Below, piece after piece: positions 1-9,829 of a stretch of DNA of 64,000 nt; within the stretch, counting starts at the first letter, position 1, and the number at the start of each line of letters is the position of its first letter. A model generated the notes under the pieces. That model was not told where the DNA came from. It ran no database searches and saw only the letters and a program-made list of their open reading frames with translations. Source of the DNA: Longimicrobiales bacterium (lineage in GTDB: Bacteria > Gemmatimonadota > Gemmatimonadetes > Longimicrobiales > Gaopeijiaceae); the NCBI GenBank assembly GCA_965238005.1, contig OZ250165.1:1920001-1984000 (forward strand). The letters are read 5' to 3'. Position numbers and translations under genes: made by a program.

Positions 1-1177
1 CAAGTACAACTCGTCCCTCCAACTTGACTACGTGGGACAGCCGGCGCTGGGCGTGGGCACGGACCGGTTCGGGAACTACGTGGGTGGTGGTGCCTCGGCG
101 TTCTTCAGCGATATGCTCGGGAATCGGTCCCTGGGCGTCGCGATCCAGGCGAACGGCACCTTCAAGGACGTCGGTGGCCAGATCTACTATTTGAACCAGG
201 AGAAGCGATTGAACTGGGGAGTCGCTGCCGGCAGGATCCCCTTCATCCAGGGCTTCCAGACGTTTGGGACGGACGAGAACGGCAACGATTACATCGGTCT
301 CGTCCGTAACCGGATCTTCCTGTCCCAGACCAGCCTGCTCCTGGCCTATCCGTTCTCGACGACCCGGCGGGTCGAAGGCAACATCGGAATTCAGCGCTTG
401 TCGTTCGACCTCGAGGAGGATCGATTCTTCCTCCGCGGGGGTGGGACCCGGGTGTCGCTGGAGGCGCGGGAGCCCATCAATATGGCCTCGGCATCGATCG
501 CTCTCGTGGGCGACAACTCGCTCACCGGGTTCACGTCACCCGTAGGCGGCGGTCGCTTCCGCCTGGAAGTGGGCCAAACCCTGGGCACGCTCGACTACAC
601 CTCGTTGGTGGTAGACTTCCGGCGCTATCTGAGCCCGACCCGTAACCTCACGTTCGCGGCCCGCGGGCTGCACTTCGGACGCTACGGCAATAACCTCGAT
701 GGGAACCCGAGGACGGCGATCATTCAGCCGTACTTCCTGGGCTGGGAGACCTTCGTCCGTGGATACTCTTACGAGAGTATCGAGTTCGAGGAGTGTGAAT
801 CAACCTCCCTCGAGCCCGGCTCCGTGGCCAGCGACTGTCCCGGCTTCGACCGTCTCTTTGGACATCGGTTGGCAGTGGCCAACCTCGAGATGCGCGTGCC
901 GGTGCTCGGGACCCCGCAGTTCGGGCTCCTGAACTTCCCGTACCTGCCCACCGAGTTCGTGCTCTTCGCCGATGCCGGACTGGCGTGGAACGACCTGGAC
1001 GAGGTGGACTTCGACTTCGTGCGGTCCGGTGGAAGGCGTGTCCCGGTGTTCTCCGCCGGCGCGAGCGCCCGTTTCAACATCCTCGGGTTCCTGGTTCTGG
1101 AGGCTTACTACGCCGTTCCCTTCCAGCGGCCGGACAAGGGAGCGCACTGGGGCTTCCTGTTCTCACCCGGCTGGTAG
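1..1177 (+). CDS. Omp85/BamA-TamA-like outer-membrane beta-barrel, C-terminal part (5' end outside window)
   Basis: Amphipathic beta strands, VRGY motif (FVRGYSY), FADAG motif, aromatic C-terminal residue. Confidence 0.75.
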   Translation, partial: KYNSSLQLDYVGQPALGVGTDRFGNYVGGGASAFFSDMLGNRSLGVAIQANGTFKDVGGQIYYLNQEKRLNWGVAAGRIPFIQGFQTFGTDENGNDYIGLVRNRIFLSQTSLLLAYPFSTTRRVEGNIGIQRLSFDLEEDRFFLRGGGTRVSLEAREPINMASASIALVGDNSLTGFTSPVGGGRFRLEVGQTLGTLDYTSLVVDFRRYLSPTRNLTFAARGLHFGRYGNNLDGNPRTAIIQPYFLGWETFVRGYSYESIEFEECESTSLEPGSVASDCPGFDRLFGHRLAVANLEMRVPVLGTPQFGLLNFPYLPTEFVLFADAGLAWNDLDEVDFDFVRSGGRRVPVFSAGASARFNILGFLVLEAYYAVPFQRPDKGAHWGFLFSPGW

Positions 1178-1210
1178 TCCGCTGCCGGGCCAACCCTTGT
1201 GGCCACATGG

Positions 1211-1242
1211 AAAAGGGCCCGGGCTCCCGTGAGGAGCCCGGG
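1211..1242. terminator. Intrinsic terminator hairpin with U-tract on the minus strand; possibly bidirectional
   Basis: CCCGGGCTCC/GGAGCCCGGG 10-bp stem with AAAA at 1211-1214; lies between convergent genes. Confidence 0.7.
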
Positions 1243-1320
1243 GACGGTCATCCACTAGCGATTGGAAGGTCCCCGCCCTCGGGTCTATACCGTTGTTGTA
1301 GTCCATGCCGCAGCACGGCA

Positions 1321-1375
1321 TCGTACGTATACTCACGATATACAGATACGTATACCTGTCGAAGAGCAACTCGGC
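1321..1375 (-). repeat. 55-bp AT-rich dispersed repeat, copy 1 (promoter/operator-like)
   Basis: 52/55 identical to 27752-27806; TTCGAC-N17-TATCGT on the minus strand with GTATACGTA repeats. Confidence 0.85.
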
Positions 1376-1437
1376 CACCTTTCCCGGGAGGGAGGATCCT
1401 GGGCGTGGAGGAGGTTCGAAAGGGTCTGGGGGGGGTT

Positions 1438-2388
1438 CTAGAAGATCGACAGGTTGATGTAGCGCCCCGGATTGGCCCGTAGGTCGTCCACGAGAAGGCG
1501 CATACTCGCCACGGTCGCGTTCAGGCTCACGTAGAGCGAGTCGTTGACAGAAAGCTGTCCGAGCGTTCCCTCACCCCGCTCCATCCGGCGGAGGATCGTC
1601 TCCAGGGAGGCGGCTGCCCGGTCGAAGCGCGCCGACGTGGCGCTAAGGCTCCCCATGAGGGAGTCGGCCTGCGATACCGTGCTCGAGATGTCGTCCCTGA
1701 GCTCGGGGCCGGTGACATCGGCCAGTCCGTCGGCGGCCCGGTTCAAGGAGGCGATGAGATCCTCGAGCTCTTCGCTCTGGGAGCCCATGAGGTCGGCGAG
1801 CTCGTTCAAGATCGCCTGGAGATCCTGGGCGCTTCCGCCCACGGCGGCGATGGTGGAGTCCGAAAGGAGCGCGGTTATCTGGTCGAGAAAGGCCTCGCCC
1901 TTCTCACCCAACGATTCGGTGTCGTCCAGGAGCCCCTTCACCGCCGTCCCCGGGAGGTTCGCACCGGCCGAAATCTCGCCCGGCCCGTCCCCCGGCACGA
2001 CCATCACGGTCCTAGGGGACATGAGTCCCGGGCTCACGATCTGGGTTCGCGATCCTTCGGGGATGCGCCACTGGCCCTCGATCTCGAGAACGACCAGGAC
2101 GTCCTCTGTGTCCCGCGCCAAATTGAAGTCGTGGACCCGCCCGATATTCACACCTCGCATCTGGACGGGGTCTCCTTTGCGGAGCCCCATCACGTTCTCG
2201 ACGCTGGTGGTGATCTTGTACCTGCCCCGGAAGGTAGCCGGATCCGTCAGGAGATAGAGCAGGTAGATCGTCGCGGCGAGGCCGACGAGCACGAACAATC
2301 CGACCCGGACGTCCCGCCGGCCAGCCTGTTGAGGGACGGCCTGCTCGATCTCCTGGTCCGTGGGGCTCTGGTCGTTCCGTATCTCCAA
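1438..2388 (-). CDS. mlaD: MlaD/MCE family protein
   Basis: N-terminal TM 'VGLFVLVG', MCE motif GLRKGDPVQMRGVNIGRV, helical C-terminus with GTLGQL. Confidence 0.9.
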   Translation of the reverse strand: MEIRNDQSPTDQEIEQAVPQQAGRRDVRVGLFVLVGLAATIYLLYLLTDPATFRGRYKITTSVENVMGLRKGDPVQMRGVNIGRVHDFNLARDTEDVLVVLEIEGQWRIPEGSRTQIVSPGLMSPRTVMVVPGDGPGEISAGANLPGTAVKGLLDDTESLGEKGEAFLDQITALLSDSTIAAVGGSAQDLQAILNELADLMGSQSEELEDLIASLNRAADGLADVTGPELRDDISSTVSQADSLMGSLSATSARFDRAAASLETILRRMERGEGTLGQLSVNDSLYVSLNATVASMRLLVDDLRANPGRYINLSIF

Positions 2389-2421
2389 TGGATGCTCCCG
2401 TATACCCGTTCTAGTGTCCCG

Positions 2422-3219
2422 TTAGGTGACTTCCAACACGTCCAGAGCCGCTATCGCGGCGGCTCGATCGCTAAACGCCTTCACCACCGGATCGTCACTC
2501 ACCCTGAAGGCCTCGGGCGATCCGCAGAATCGAAGCCTCCCGCCCTCCAGCATTGCGACCCGATCGCACATCTCCAGGCCACTCTCCACGTCGTGCGTGA
2601 CGAGGAGCGACGTCGTGTGCAGCTCGTCGGAGAGGCGCGTGATCAGCCTCTCGATGGCGGCGGTGTTTACGGGATCGAGCCCCGTAGTGGGCTCGTCCCA
2701 CAGGAGAATCTCCGGACGGCCCGCGATGGCCCTGGCGATCCCCACTCGCTTCTTCATCCCCCCGGACAGCTCCGCCGGGAGCTTCCCCAGGACCTGACTC
2801 GGCTCGAGGTTCACGAGCTCGAGAGATTCCCAGACCCGGCGCTTCGCTTCAGCTCTGCTCATGCCTCGAAGGGCCTCCTCCGCAATCCCCATCTCGATAT
2901 TCTCGAAGACGGTGAGCGAATCGAAGAGAGCGGAATATTGAAATACGTACCCCACCTTCTCCCGGATCCGCTCCAGTGACCGCCGATCGCCAAAGTAGAC
3001 CGAGTCGCCGGCCACCCGCACATCGCCTTGGTCGGGCGTGATCAACGCCATCGTGGTCTTGAGGAGCACGCTCTTGCCGGTACCCGAGGGACCGAAGAGG
3101 GCGAACATCTCACCCCTCTGCACGGAGAGGCTGACGCCTGAGAGCACGGGAGCGTCGAAGGCCTTGAAGACGTTCATGTACTCGATGACCGGTCCGGATC
3201 CGTTGCCCTGAGTTGGCAC
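2422..3219 (-). CDS. mlaF: MlaF-like ABC ATPase
   Basis: Walker A GPSGTGKS, LSGGMKKRV signature, DEPTTGLDP, VTHD. Confidence 0.92.
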   Translation of the reverse strand: MPTQGNGSGPVIEYMNVFKAFDAPVLSGVSLSVQRGEMFALFGPSGTGKSVLLKTTMALITPDQGDVRVAGDSVYFGDRRSLERIREKVGYVFQYSALFDSLTVFENIEMGIAEEALRGMSRAEAKRRVWESLELVNLEPSQVLGKLPAELSGGMKKRVGIARAIAGRPEILLWDEPTTGLDPVNTAAIERLITRLSDELHTTSLLVTHDVESGLEMCDRVAMLEGGRLRFCGSPEAFRVSDDPVVKAFSDRAAAIAALDVLEVT

Positions 3220-3229
3220 CGTAACCCCC

Positions 3230-4045
3230 CTACTGTAGGAAGAGTGGAGGGAACATGGCGTCGATGATCAGGATGGTCAGAGTCATGAACACGACCGACT
3301 GAGTCGTGGTCCGCCCCACCCCCTCCGCGCCACCGGCTGTTCGCAAACCCATGTGGATCGCGATGATGGGGATCGCCGCCCCGAAGACGAACGCCTTCAG
3401 GAGTGAGTAGAACAGGTCGTAGGAGTGCCAGAAGAGGCGCGCCCCGTAGAAGAACGTCTCGGGACCCAGGCCGAGGGTGAACTGGGCGGAGATCATTCCG
3501 GTCAGGATTCCCACAACGTTGGCCATGGCCACGAGGGCCGGCATGGAGATCATGAGGGCTAGAACCCGTGGGGCCGCCAGAATCTCGACCGGATCCCGAC
3601 CAACGGAGTAGAGGGCGTCGATCTGCTCGGAGACCTTCATGGTTCCCAGCTCCGCGGTGAAGCGCGCGCCCACCCTCCCAATCATGACGATGGCCGTGAG
3701 GACGGGCCCCATCTCGAGAATCACGCTCTCCACGACGACGGAGCCCATGACGTAGAGAGGCAGATTGCTCTGCATCTGATAGCCGCCCTGCTGGCTGGTC
3801 ACGACTCCGATGAGCCCGGCGGCCACCAGGACGATCGGGACGCTCTGGATTCCGACGATGTAGATCTGCCTCAATATGTCCCTGCCCGACACGCGAAAGC
3901 GCGCGAAGGCCACGCCTATGTTCCACACGAGAAGACCCAGCTGTCCGGTGTGCTCGGCGACCAGTCTCGAGGTGCGGCCGAGTGCGGCAAGCATACGGGT
4001 CAGCGCCTCGGGTGGGCGGGCGACCAGAGAGGATTCACGGCTCAC
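3230..4045 (-). CDS. mlaE: MlaE ABC permease
   Basis: EMGPVLTA, GRVGARFTAELGTMKVSEQIDAL, GAEGVGRTTT motifs. Confidence 0.93.
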   Translation of the reverse strand: MSRESSLVARPPEALTRMLAALGRTSRLVAEHTGQLGLLVWNIGVAFARFRVSGRDILRQIYIVGIQSVPIVLVAAGLIGVVTSQQGGYQMQSNLPLYVMGSVVVESVILEMGPVLTAIVMIGRVGARFTAELGTMKVSEQIDALYSVGRDPVEILAAPRVLALMISMPALVAMANVVGILTGMISAQFTLGLGPETFFYGARLFWHSYDLFYSLLKAFVFGAAIPIIAIHMGLRTAGGAEGVGRTTTQSVVFMTLTILIIDAMFPPLFLQ

Positions 4046-4219
4046 AGAGCTCCGAAATGTCAGGATGAGGGCAGTTGAACGCCAAGAAAGAGGCGCAAAA
4101 GGTTCGGGCTTTTTCGGGTGAAAATCAAGGAGTTGTGCCCCGGAGCGCTCGCCAGTGAACGAGACGGGGGTTGCCGTGCCGGACGCTCCCGATTTCAGGC
4201 CTGGAGAACAGCCGTCACG

Positions 4220-4832
4220 GCCTGAGCGACACCCGTGTCACCCATCAGGGTCTGGGATCCCACCGCTACCTGGTCACCTTCACCGGACCCGGAGGACACT
4301 CCTGGGGTGCATTCGGGCTCGTCAATCCGGCCCACGCCATGGGTCGGACGACGCACTACTTCGATCTGGCGGCCGACGCCTACACTCGGAGCGGTCCGAA
4401 GACCAGCTACAACGTGGGCGTCGTGACCGGCGGCACCTCGGTGAACTCGATTCCCTTCGAAGTAGCCATGCAGGTGGACATGCGCTCGGATAGCCAGGAG
4501 CGTCTCGTTGAGATCGACTCGCTCTTTCACCGTGCCATTCGGAGAGCGGTGACCGAGATGAACGCCAGTCGCCGCTCGGGCCCGGCTCTCGCGGTCGACA
4601 TCGAGATGATCGGCGACCGACCCTCGCAAGAGGTGGCCGAAGACGATCCTCTCGTCCAGCGGGCCCTCGCCGCCACCGAGCTCCTGGGTCTGGAGCCGGC
4701 CCTTGGCCGATCGTCCACCGACTCGAACATCCCCATCTCGCTTGGTGTGCCCGCCGTGACCATCGGAGGAGGTGGGTCCGGCGGCGGCGGACACTCGCCA
4801 GGAGAGTGGTACGTGAACGAAAACGGTCCCCC
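4220..4832 (+). pseudogene. M20/M25/M40 peptidase fragment, truncated at both ends
   Basis: GPGGHSWGAFG, GGTSVNSIP, SSTDSNIP and GHSPGEW motifs; no N-terminal metal-binding region; sequence breaks after NENGP. Confidence 0.7.
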
Positions 4833-4841
4833 CAAGAGATC

Positions 4842-4904
4842 TCAGACGACGCGCCGGCCGCCGCCCAGCATGCCGATACGCGGAGCTCCGACGCCCTTCG
4901 TCAG
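4842..4904 (-). pseudogene. Possible N-terminal scrap of purK (RIGMLGGG)
   Basis: Reads LTKGVGAPRIGMLGGG directly after the upstream stop codon, then breaks off. Confidence 0.35.
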
Positions 4905-5980
4905 TTCCTTCGCGAAGCTCCCCACTCGCTGCTCCGGCGTAACGGAAGGGCCGGCACGGAGTCTCCCGGCGCCACGAGCCAATTCTCGAAGCGCTGATAC
5001 CGCTGCAGATACTCGCCGCCGGGCACCTCACGCCAGACGATCGCCTCGCTCGGCAGCAGATAGATCAGCTCGTGACCCGGGAGCGGCGGCGCGAAGACGG
5101 CGCGGCCCCCGGCGTGCTCTACCGGATCCGGCGTCTGGAACAGCCACTCGACGGAGGTGAACGAGGTGTCCCGTGCAAGGGCGATGGTCCCCTTGATAGT
5201 GGGCTTGTTGTCCTTCTTCGGGCAGTAGGCCAGGGTCCATCCGTCGGGACCCTCGTGCTCCACGACGAAGCGATGCCGCTCCCCGAAGAGATCGTCGACG
5301 AAGTGGGGAGCGAAGTCGGCGTCCAGGGGCGGATACACCCAGGAGTCGTAGGGGCGGGCTCCGTCGGTGCGCCGAACCTTGAAGGCGTATCCGTCACGCT
5401 GGATGCGCCGGGTCCAGCTGAAGCGCAGGAGCGACGACGATCCGCGCTGGCTCAGGGCCAGAACAGGCAGGTCCAACGGCCCCAACTTGGAGAGGGGCAC
5501 TACGGTGTCGGCCTCGGCCAGGTACGTCGCTACGCCAAGGGTGTCCATGATTCCGTGGTACCGCAGCCGGGCGAGCTGCCACAGATGCCTCGCCTTTTTG
5601 TCGTCCCGCCCCATCTCGCAGGTGGCTTCTTCCGTCGTCACCACGAGCCCCTCGAGAAGCAGAGGAGCCTCGTCGAGCCGGATGGCGTACTCGTCCACAC
5701 CCTCCTCGACGATGACCTCCCGCGTCTTGAAGCCCAGGGCCCCCACCTGCAGGGTGACGGCCCGAAACGCGATGCTCTCGGAGAAAAAGAAACGCCCATC
5801 GGAGTCGGTGAGACGCGCCGCGATGCGTGCGTTCGCCGTCCAAACCTCGACGGCAACACCCTCCAGCAGTACCCCACCCCTCGCCGTGACGACGCCCGTT
5901 ATCTGGGCCGACGCCCCATCGGCCCATACCCCGGGCAAAACCAGGGCGAGCGTCAGGATCTTTCCAATGTTCCTACTCAC
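4901..5980 (-). CDS. Secreted protein with carboxypeptidase-regulatory-like (prealbumin-fold) N-domain
   Basis: GTG start with GGAGAG RBS, signal peptide, ITGVV...LTDSDGRF...VGALGF pattern. Confidence 0.7.
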   Translation of the reverse strand: MSRNIGKILTLALVLPGVWADGASAQITGVVTARGGVLLEGVAVEVWTANARIAARLTDSDGRFFFSESIAFRAVTLQVGALGFKTREVIVEEGVDEYAIRLDEAPLLLEGLVVTTEEATCEMGRDDKKARHLWQLARLRYHGIMDTLGVATYLAEADTVVPLSKLGPLDLPVLALSQRGSSSLLRFSWTRRIQRDGYAFKVRRTDGARPYDSWVYPPLDADFAPHFVDDLFGERHRFVVEHEGPDGWTLAYCPKKDNKPTIKGTIALARDTSFTSVEWLFQTPDPVEHAGGRAVFAPPLPGHELIYLLPSEAIVWREVPGGEYLQRYQRFENWLVAPGDSVPALPLRRSSEWGASRRN

Positions 5981-6104
5981 ATGACTCTCCGGACCTGCGG
6001 CGGCCGATCCGCCCCTAGCAGCGGCTCGGCTCATCTATGTTCTATCGACCCACCAGCGGCAGGTTCCCCCGTCGCCGTCGCGTGCGACAGCGATGCGAAT
6101 CAAG

Positions 6105-6137
6105 GGGGGGTCGTCTCAAGAACTCAGACGACCCCCC
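6105..6137 (-). terminator. Hairpin terminator downstream of the M14 peptidase
   Basis: GGGGGGTCGTCT / AGACGACCCCCC perfect 12-bp stem. Confidence 0.7.
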
Positions 6138-6230
6138 GTTGGTTTCCGTTAAGGCCATGTGGCCCGTTTGGGACCCAGTGTCCCGTTGCCAAAGTGTCTC
6201 GGTCAGTCGAGGGCATGGTGCATCCGCGGA

Positions 6231-8975
6231 TCAGAGAATCGGCCCCTTCTGAGCCGAGCCGTAGAAGATTCCGTTGAAGAGAAGCGGGAACGCCGCATGG
6301 GACTGGGAACGGAACGTGATCCTGGGCGAGAAGAGGAAGAGCTTCCCGTCTCCGAGGGGCGCTTCGATCAAAGCCGTGCCGTTCTGCATGCGCTCCTGGC
6401 CCCACGCCCACCCGCTTCTCAGGGGCTGATCGGTATCGAACCAGCCGATGCGCTTAACCCCCTGTCGCTCCCACCCGGGCTCGAGTCGGAAGAGAGGGCT
6501 GTGGCTGATGAGAACGTCCAGGCGCTCACCGAGCCCGTGCGTCACCGGGCTGACGTGCTCGAGCTTGAGCGAGTGAACGGATCCGGGCGTGTAGTACTGC
6601 TCTTCCGCCAGCGGCTGGCCATTCTCGACCAAATGGTTGCTCATCGGGAGACCGGCGTAGTAGCCCAGCACCGAGGAGCTGCCGATGGCGATGACGGTCC
6701 CTCCGCCTCGTGCGAACTCCAGGATCTCAGGCACGGTCCTGTCGGCCGTGACAGACCCTAACCGGCCACGGAACTCCTCTGGAATCGTGCCCGGATCCGG
6801 CAGTTGGCGTCGCCGATCTCCACCACTCTGGGCCCCGTCGCTGGGAGCCGGAATCGCACCGTCCTCGAAGACCAGCACGTCGAACCGGTCGCTCAGATTC
6901 CCGTCGGTGAGCTCAGAGGGATAGACCACCTCGAACTCGAACCCGAAGTCCTCCAAGATCATGCGAGTCCACCCCGAGGGCATGGATCCCCCGTAGCGAT
7001 CCCAGAGCCCGATCCGCGGGCGACGCAACCTGAGCGGCTCGCCCATGGGGGCGCTGACCGCCTGGAAGCTCACTCCTGTCTCGGCAGCCAACGTCATCAG
7101 CGCATTGTCGTCGACCTGGCTTTCCGGCACGTAGAAGGCCCCCTCGGCGAAGCCCGCTCCGTCGGGCACCTCGAGGAGCCAGTATACGTCTCTGCCCTGC
7201 GCAAGAAGGCGGTTCAGAACCAGGAAGGAGCCGTTGTGGCGATGATCGAACACGTAGCCGGCCGCTGAGGCCGCGGCCATCACCTGTCCCGGAGGTGTCT
7301 CAGCGAGCCCCTCGATCATCTCGAAGGGTCCGTCGAAGCCGTCCAGAATCCGGTCGAACTCGACGCCCATCTGATAGGCCAGCGTCCATCCCGCGTTGTC
7401 GTACGGAGGCGTGGGAGGTCCGCCCGGATAGGCGAAGTCGTTGGGATGCTGCTGGGGCTCAAACATGTCCATCACGTGTGGCCGGAAGGCCTGATCGGTC
7501 TTCGCCACATACGAGCCTCCGGCGTAGCGCCGACCGGCTACGGTGAAGTCCGCCGTGGCCCGGTGGACGTCCACCCCGTTCTTCAGAAGCGCGTTCACGA
7601 ACTTGGTGGCGGTGGCGAAGTCCGCCTGGTCCCGTGGCACAATGAACCCCCGGGGATCCCGTCCTGCCCGGGGGCGAAGCATTCTCTGGAAGTCCTCGGC
7701 CGATCCGGCCTTCCCGGCACCGAGGCTCTCGGCTGCATCTTCAACCTCGAAGGGCAGCACCGTCCAGGTGTCCCGGCTGCCCCGCTCGATCGAGTTCATG
7801 CCCATGCGCCAGATGTTGTACAGCAGCTGGTCGCGATTCCTGGAGGCGTAGTCGAGGACCGCCCAGTTCGCCGTCTGCGAGTATTCGATCGACTGGCCGA
7901 AGTGCCAGACACCCGGTTCGACGGGCAGCGGAAGGTCGCCGCTCGCCAGCTGGCGCTCGGGCCTGAACGGAATCTCGACGGGCGTCGGGTTGCCGATGGT
8001 CTCCGTGAGGAGACCGATCATGTTCTTGAAGTAGGGCGTGGTGCGCAGTCCGCCGTTCCACCAGGTGGAGTAGCTCGCACCGGAACGCATGGTGGTGCCC
8101 CCCTTCCCCTCGCGAACGAACCGGCCATGCATGGCGGCGCCTACCCCGTCTAGGCTGGTGATGATGATGGGGTCCAGGTTGGGATTCGGGGGATCTCGGA
8201 ACGGGGGCGCGAACATGACGGTGCCCGAAGGACCCGTTTGATGGTGGTTGTATACGATGTGGGGGTACCACTCCCGGTACATCACCCGGTTGATGTTGGT
8301 GGTCTCAGCCAGCGCCGACATGTAGAAGTCCCGGTTGTTGTCATGACCGGCGTACTTGTTGTACAGGACGGGGACGCCGCTCGTGCTCCGCTTCAGCGGA
8401 TCGTCCACCCGCACGTACCAGTCGGACACGAGCTCCATACCGTCGGGGTTCACGTGTACCGCCAGCAAGATCACATCATCCAGGATCCGCAGCGTCTCCG
8501 GGTCCGACCGGCTCACCATCCGGTACACCATCTCCATGAGCTGCTGGGCTCCGAGAACCTCCGTGGCGTGGAGGCCACCGTCGATCCAGACCACGGCCTT
8601 GCCCTCCTGGGACAACGCCCGGGCCTCCTCCTCCGAGACCCCCTTCGCCTTCGCCAGGCGTCGTGAGATCTCACGGTAGCGGTCGAGGTTCAGACGATTC
8701 TCCGGCGACGTGATGATCGCCATGATCTGAGGCCTCCCCTCGGAGGTGAGGCCGATGTCGTGGACCGACATTCGATCCGACTCGCTGGCCAGCTTCTGCC
8801 AGTACTCGTAGAGCTGGGTGTAGTTGGGGAGCTGGTAGTCCGCTCCGATCTCATGCCCGAACTGCTGCTCGGGCGAGGTCACCGCCTCTTGGGCGGTGAC
8901 GAGAGGCGCAAGGGCCGCGAAAAGGAGCGCGACAACTGGGACGGAAGCCTTCATGGGACGCATCGGGATCACCAC
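6231..8975 (-). CDS. Secreted M14 zinc carboxypeptidase with C-terminal glutamine-amidotransferase-like domain
   Basis: Signal peptide; GLHATE, NPDG, DNNRD, HHQT motifs. Confidence 0.88.
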   Translation of the reverse strand: MVIPMRPMKASVPVVALLFAALAPLVTAQEAVTSPEQQFGHEIGADYQLPNYTQLYEYWQKLASESDRMSVHDIGLTSEGRPQIMAIITSPENRLNLDRYREISRRLAKAKGVSEEEARALSQEGKAVVWIDGGLHATEVLGAQQLMEMVYRMVSRSDPETLRILDDVILLAVHVNPDGMELVSDWYVRVDDPLKRSTSGVPVLYNKYAGHDNNRDFYMSALAETTNINRVMYREWYPHIVYNHHQTGPSGTVMFAPPFRDPPNPNLDPIIITSLDGVGAAMHGRFVREGKGGTTMRSGASYSTWWNGGLRTTPYFKNMIGLLTETIGNPTPVEIPFRPERQLASGDLPLPVEPGVWHFGQSIEYSQTANWAVLDYASRNRDQLLYNIWRMGMNSIERGSRDTWTVLPFEVEDAAESLGAGKAGSAEDFQRMLRPRAGRDPRGFIVPRDQADFATATKFVNALLKNGVDVHRATADFTVAGRRYAGGSYVAKTDQAFRPHVMDMFEPQQHPNDFAYPGGPPTPPYDNAGWTLAYQMGVEFDRILDGFDGPFEMIEGLAETPPGQVMAAASAAGYVFDHRHNGSFLVLNRLLAQGRDVYWLLEVPDGAGFAEGAFYVPESQVDDNALMTLAAETGVSFQAVSAPMGEPLRLRRPRIGLWDRYGGSMPSGWTRMILEDFGFEFEVVYPSELTDGNLSDRFDVLVFEDGAIPAPSDGAQSGGDRRRQLPDPGTIPEEFRGRLGSVTADRTVPEILEFARGGGTVIAIGSSSVLGYYAGLPMSNHLVENGQPLAEEQYYTPGSVHSLKLEHVSPVTHGLGERLDVLISHSPLFRLEPGWERQGVKRIGWFDTDQPLRSGWAWGQERMQNGTALIEAPLGDGKLFLFSPRITFRSQSHAAFPLLFNGIFYGSAQKGPIL

Positions 8976-9118
8976 GGATTATGGGCCAAGGGAAAAGTCA
9001 CGGGCTCATCTTCATGCCGGGATCTTCACCCGTCAACCAGACGGGTCCCTGGGCATGGACGGGGATGGCGCTCCCCCACGAGGACGACAGGAGCGCCCAG
9101 TGTCTCGGAAACGGAAGA

Positions 9119-9829
9119 CTAGCCGGTGAGCTCCGAGAGGGTCACCACTCGGCCCTGGGAGGCCCAACGACGGAGAGTCACCTCCTCGTCTTCGAGACCC
9201 AAGCCCCAGGTTGCATCTCGGACCGCCGTGACCCGGTATCCCCTGTCCTGCATGCCATCCACGGCCTGGGTGACGCAGACGTCCCGGGCGACACCGATGA
9301 CCACGAGTTCCAGCTCCCCCTCCACTTCATCCTCGAGGTCAGCCAGGAAGGTTTCGGCGGCGGCGTTGCCCTCGAAGACGTCGAAGCGGTCCTTCTGGAT
9401 GAAGACCGATCGCCCACTCCGGATCGCCTCCCGGGCGGTCTCGGCGGCCTCCGCCCCGGTGGCCCCCATGGGCAGGACCAGTGGATCGGTCGGCCGAACG
9501 ACCCCTATGAGCTCGGCCCCGGCTCGTTCGTCCGGATCGTCGGACCGGCCCATGCAGTGAGGCGGATAGGTGCCCGCCTGCGGGTTTGGGGCGTGAGGAT
9601 CGATCTCGGCGTCGTCGAGGGCGTGCCAATCCCCCGTATAGACGATGACGGTACAGCTCTCCCGCATCCACGCCACCGCATCCCGAAGGGCCGCGACGAT
9701 GGAGGTGGCCCCAGGGTCGGAGGCGTCGCCCAGGTCGCGCACGTAGAGGCGGCCATCGGGCTCCATGAAATCCCTCTGGACGTCCACCACCCACCCGACC
9801 CAGGTGACCGTGCCGGAGCTCGAGGTCAT
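9119..9829 (-). CDS. pncA: Nicotinamidase / isochorismatase-family cysteine hydrolase
   Basis: VDVQRDF, GDWH, PPHC, K in QKDRF, GVARDVCV; ATGA overlap with the upstream PRTase. Confidence 0.75.
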   Translation of the reverse strand: MTSSSGTVTWVGWVVDVQRDFMEPDGRLYVRDLGDASDPGATSIVAALRDAVAWMRESCTVIVYTGDWHALDDAEIDPHAPNPQAGTYPPHCMGRSDDPDERAGAELIGVVRPTDPLVLPMGATGAEAAETAREAIRSGRSVFIQKDRFDVFEGNAAAETFLADLEDEVEGELELVVIGVARDVCVTQAVDGMQDRGYRVTAVRDATWGLGLEDEEVTLRRWASQGRVVTLSELTG

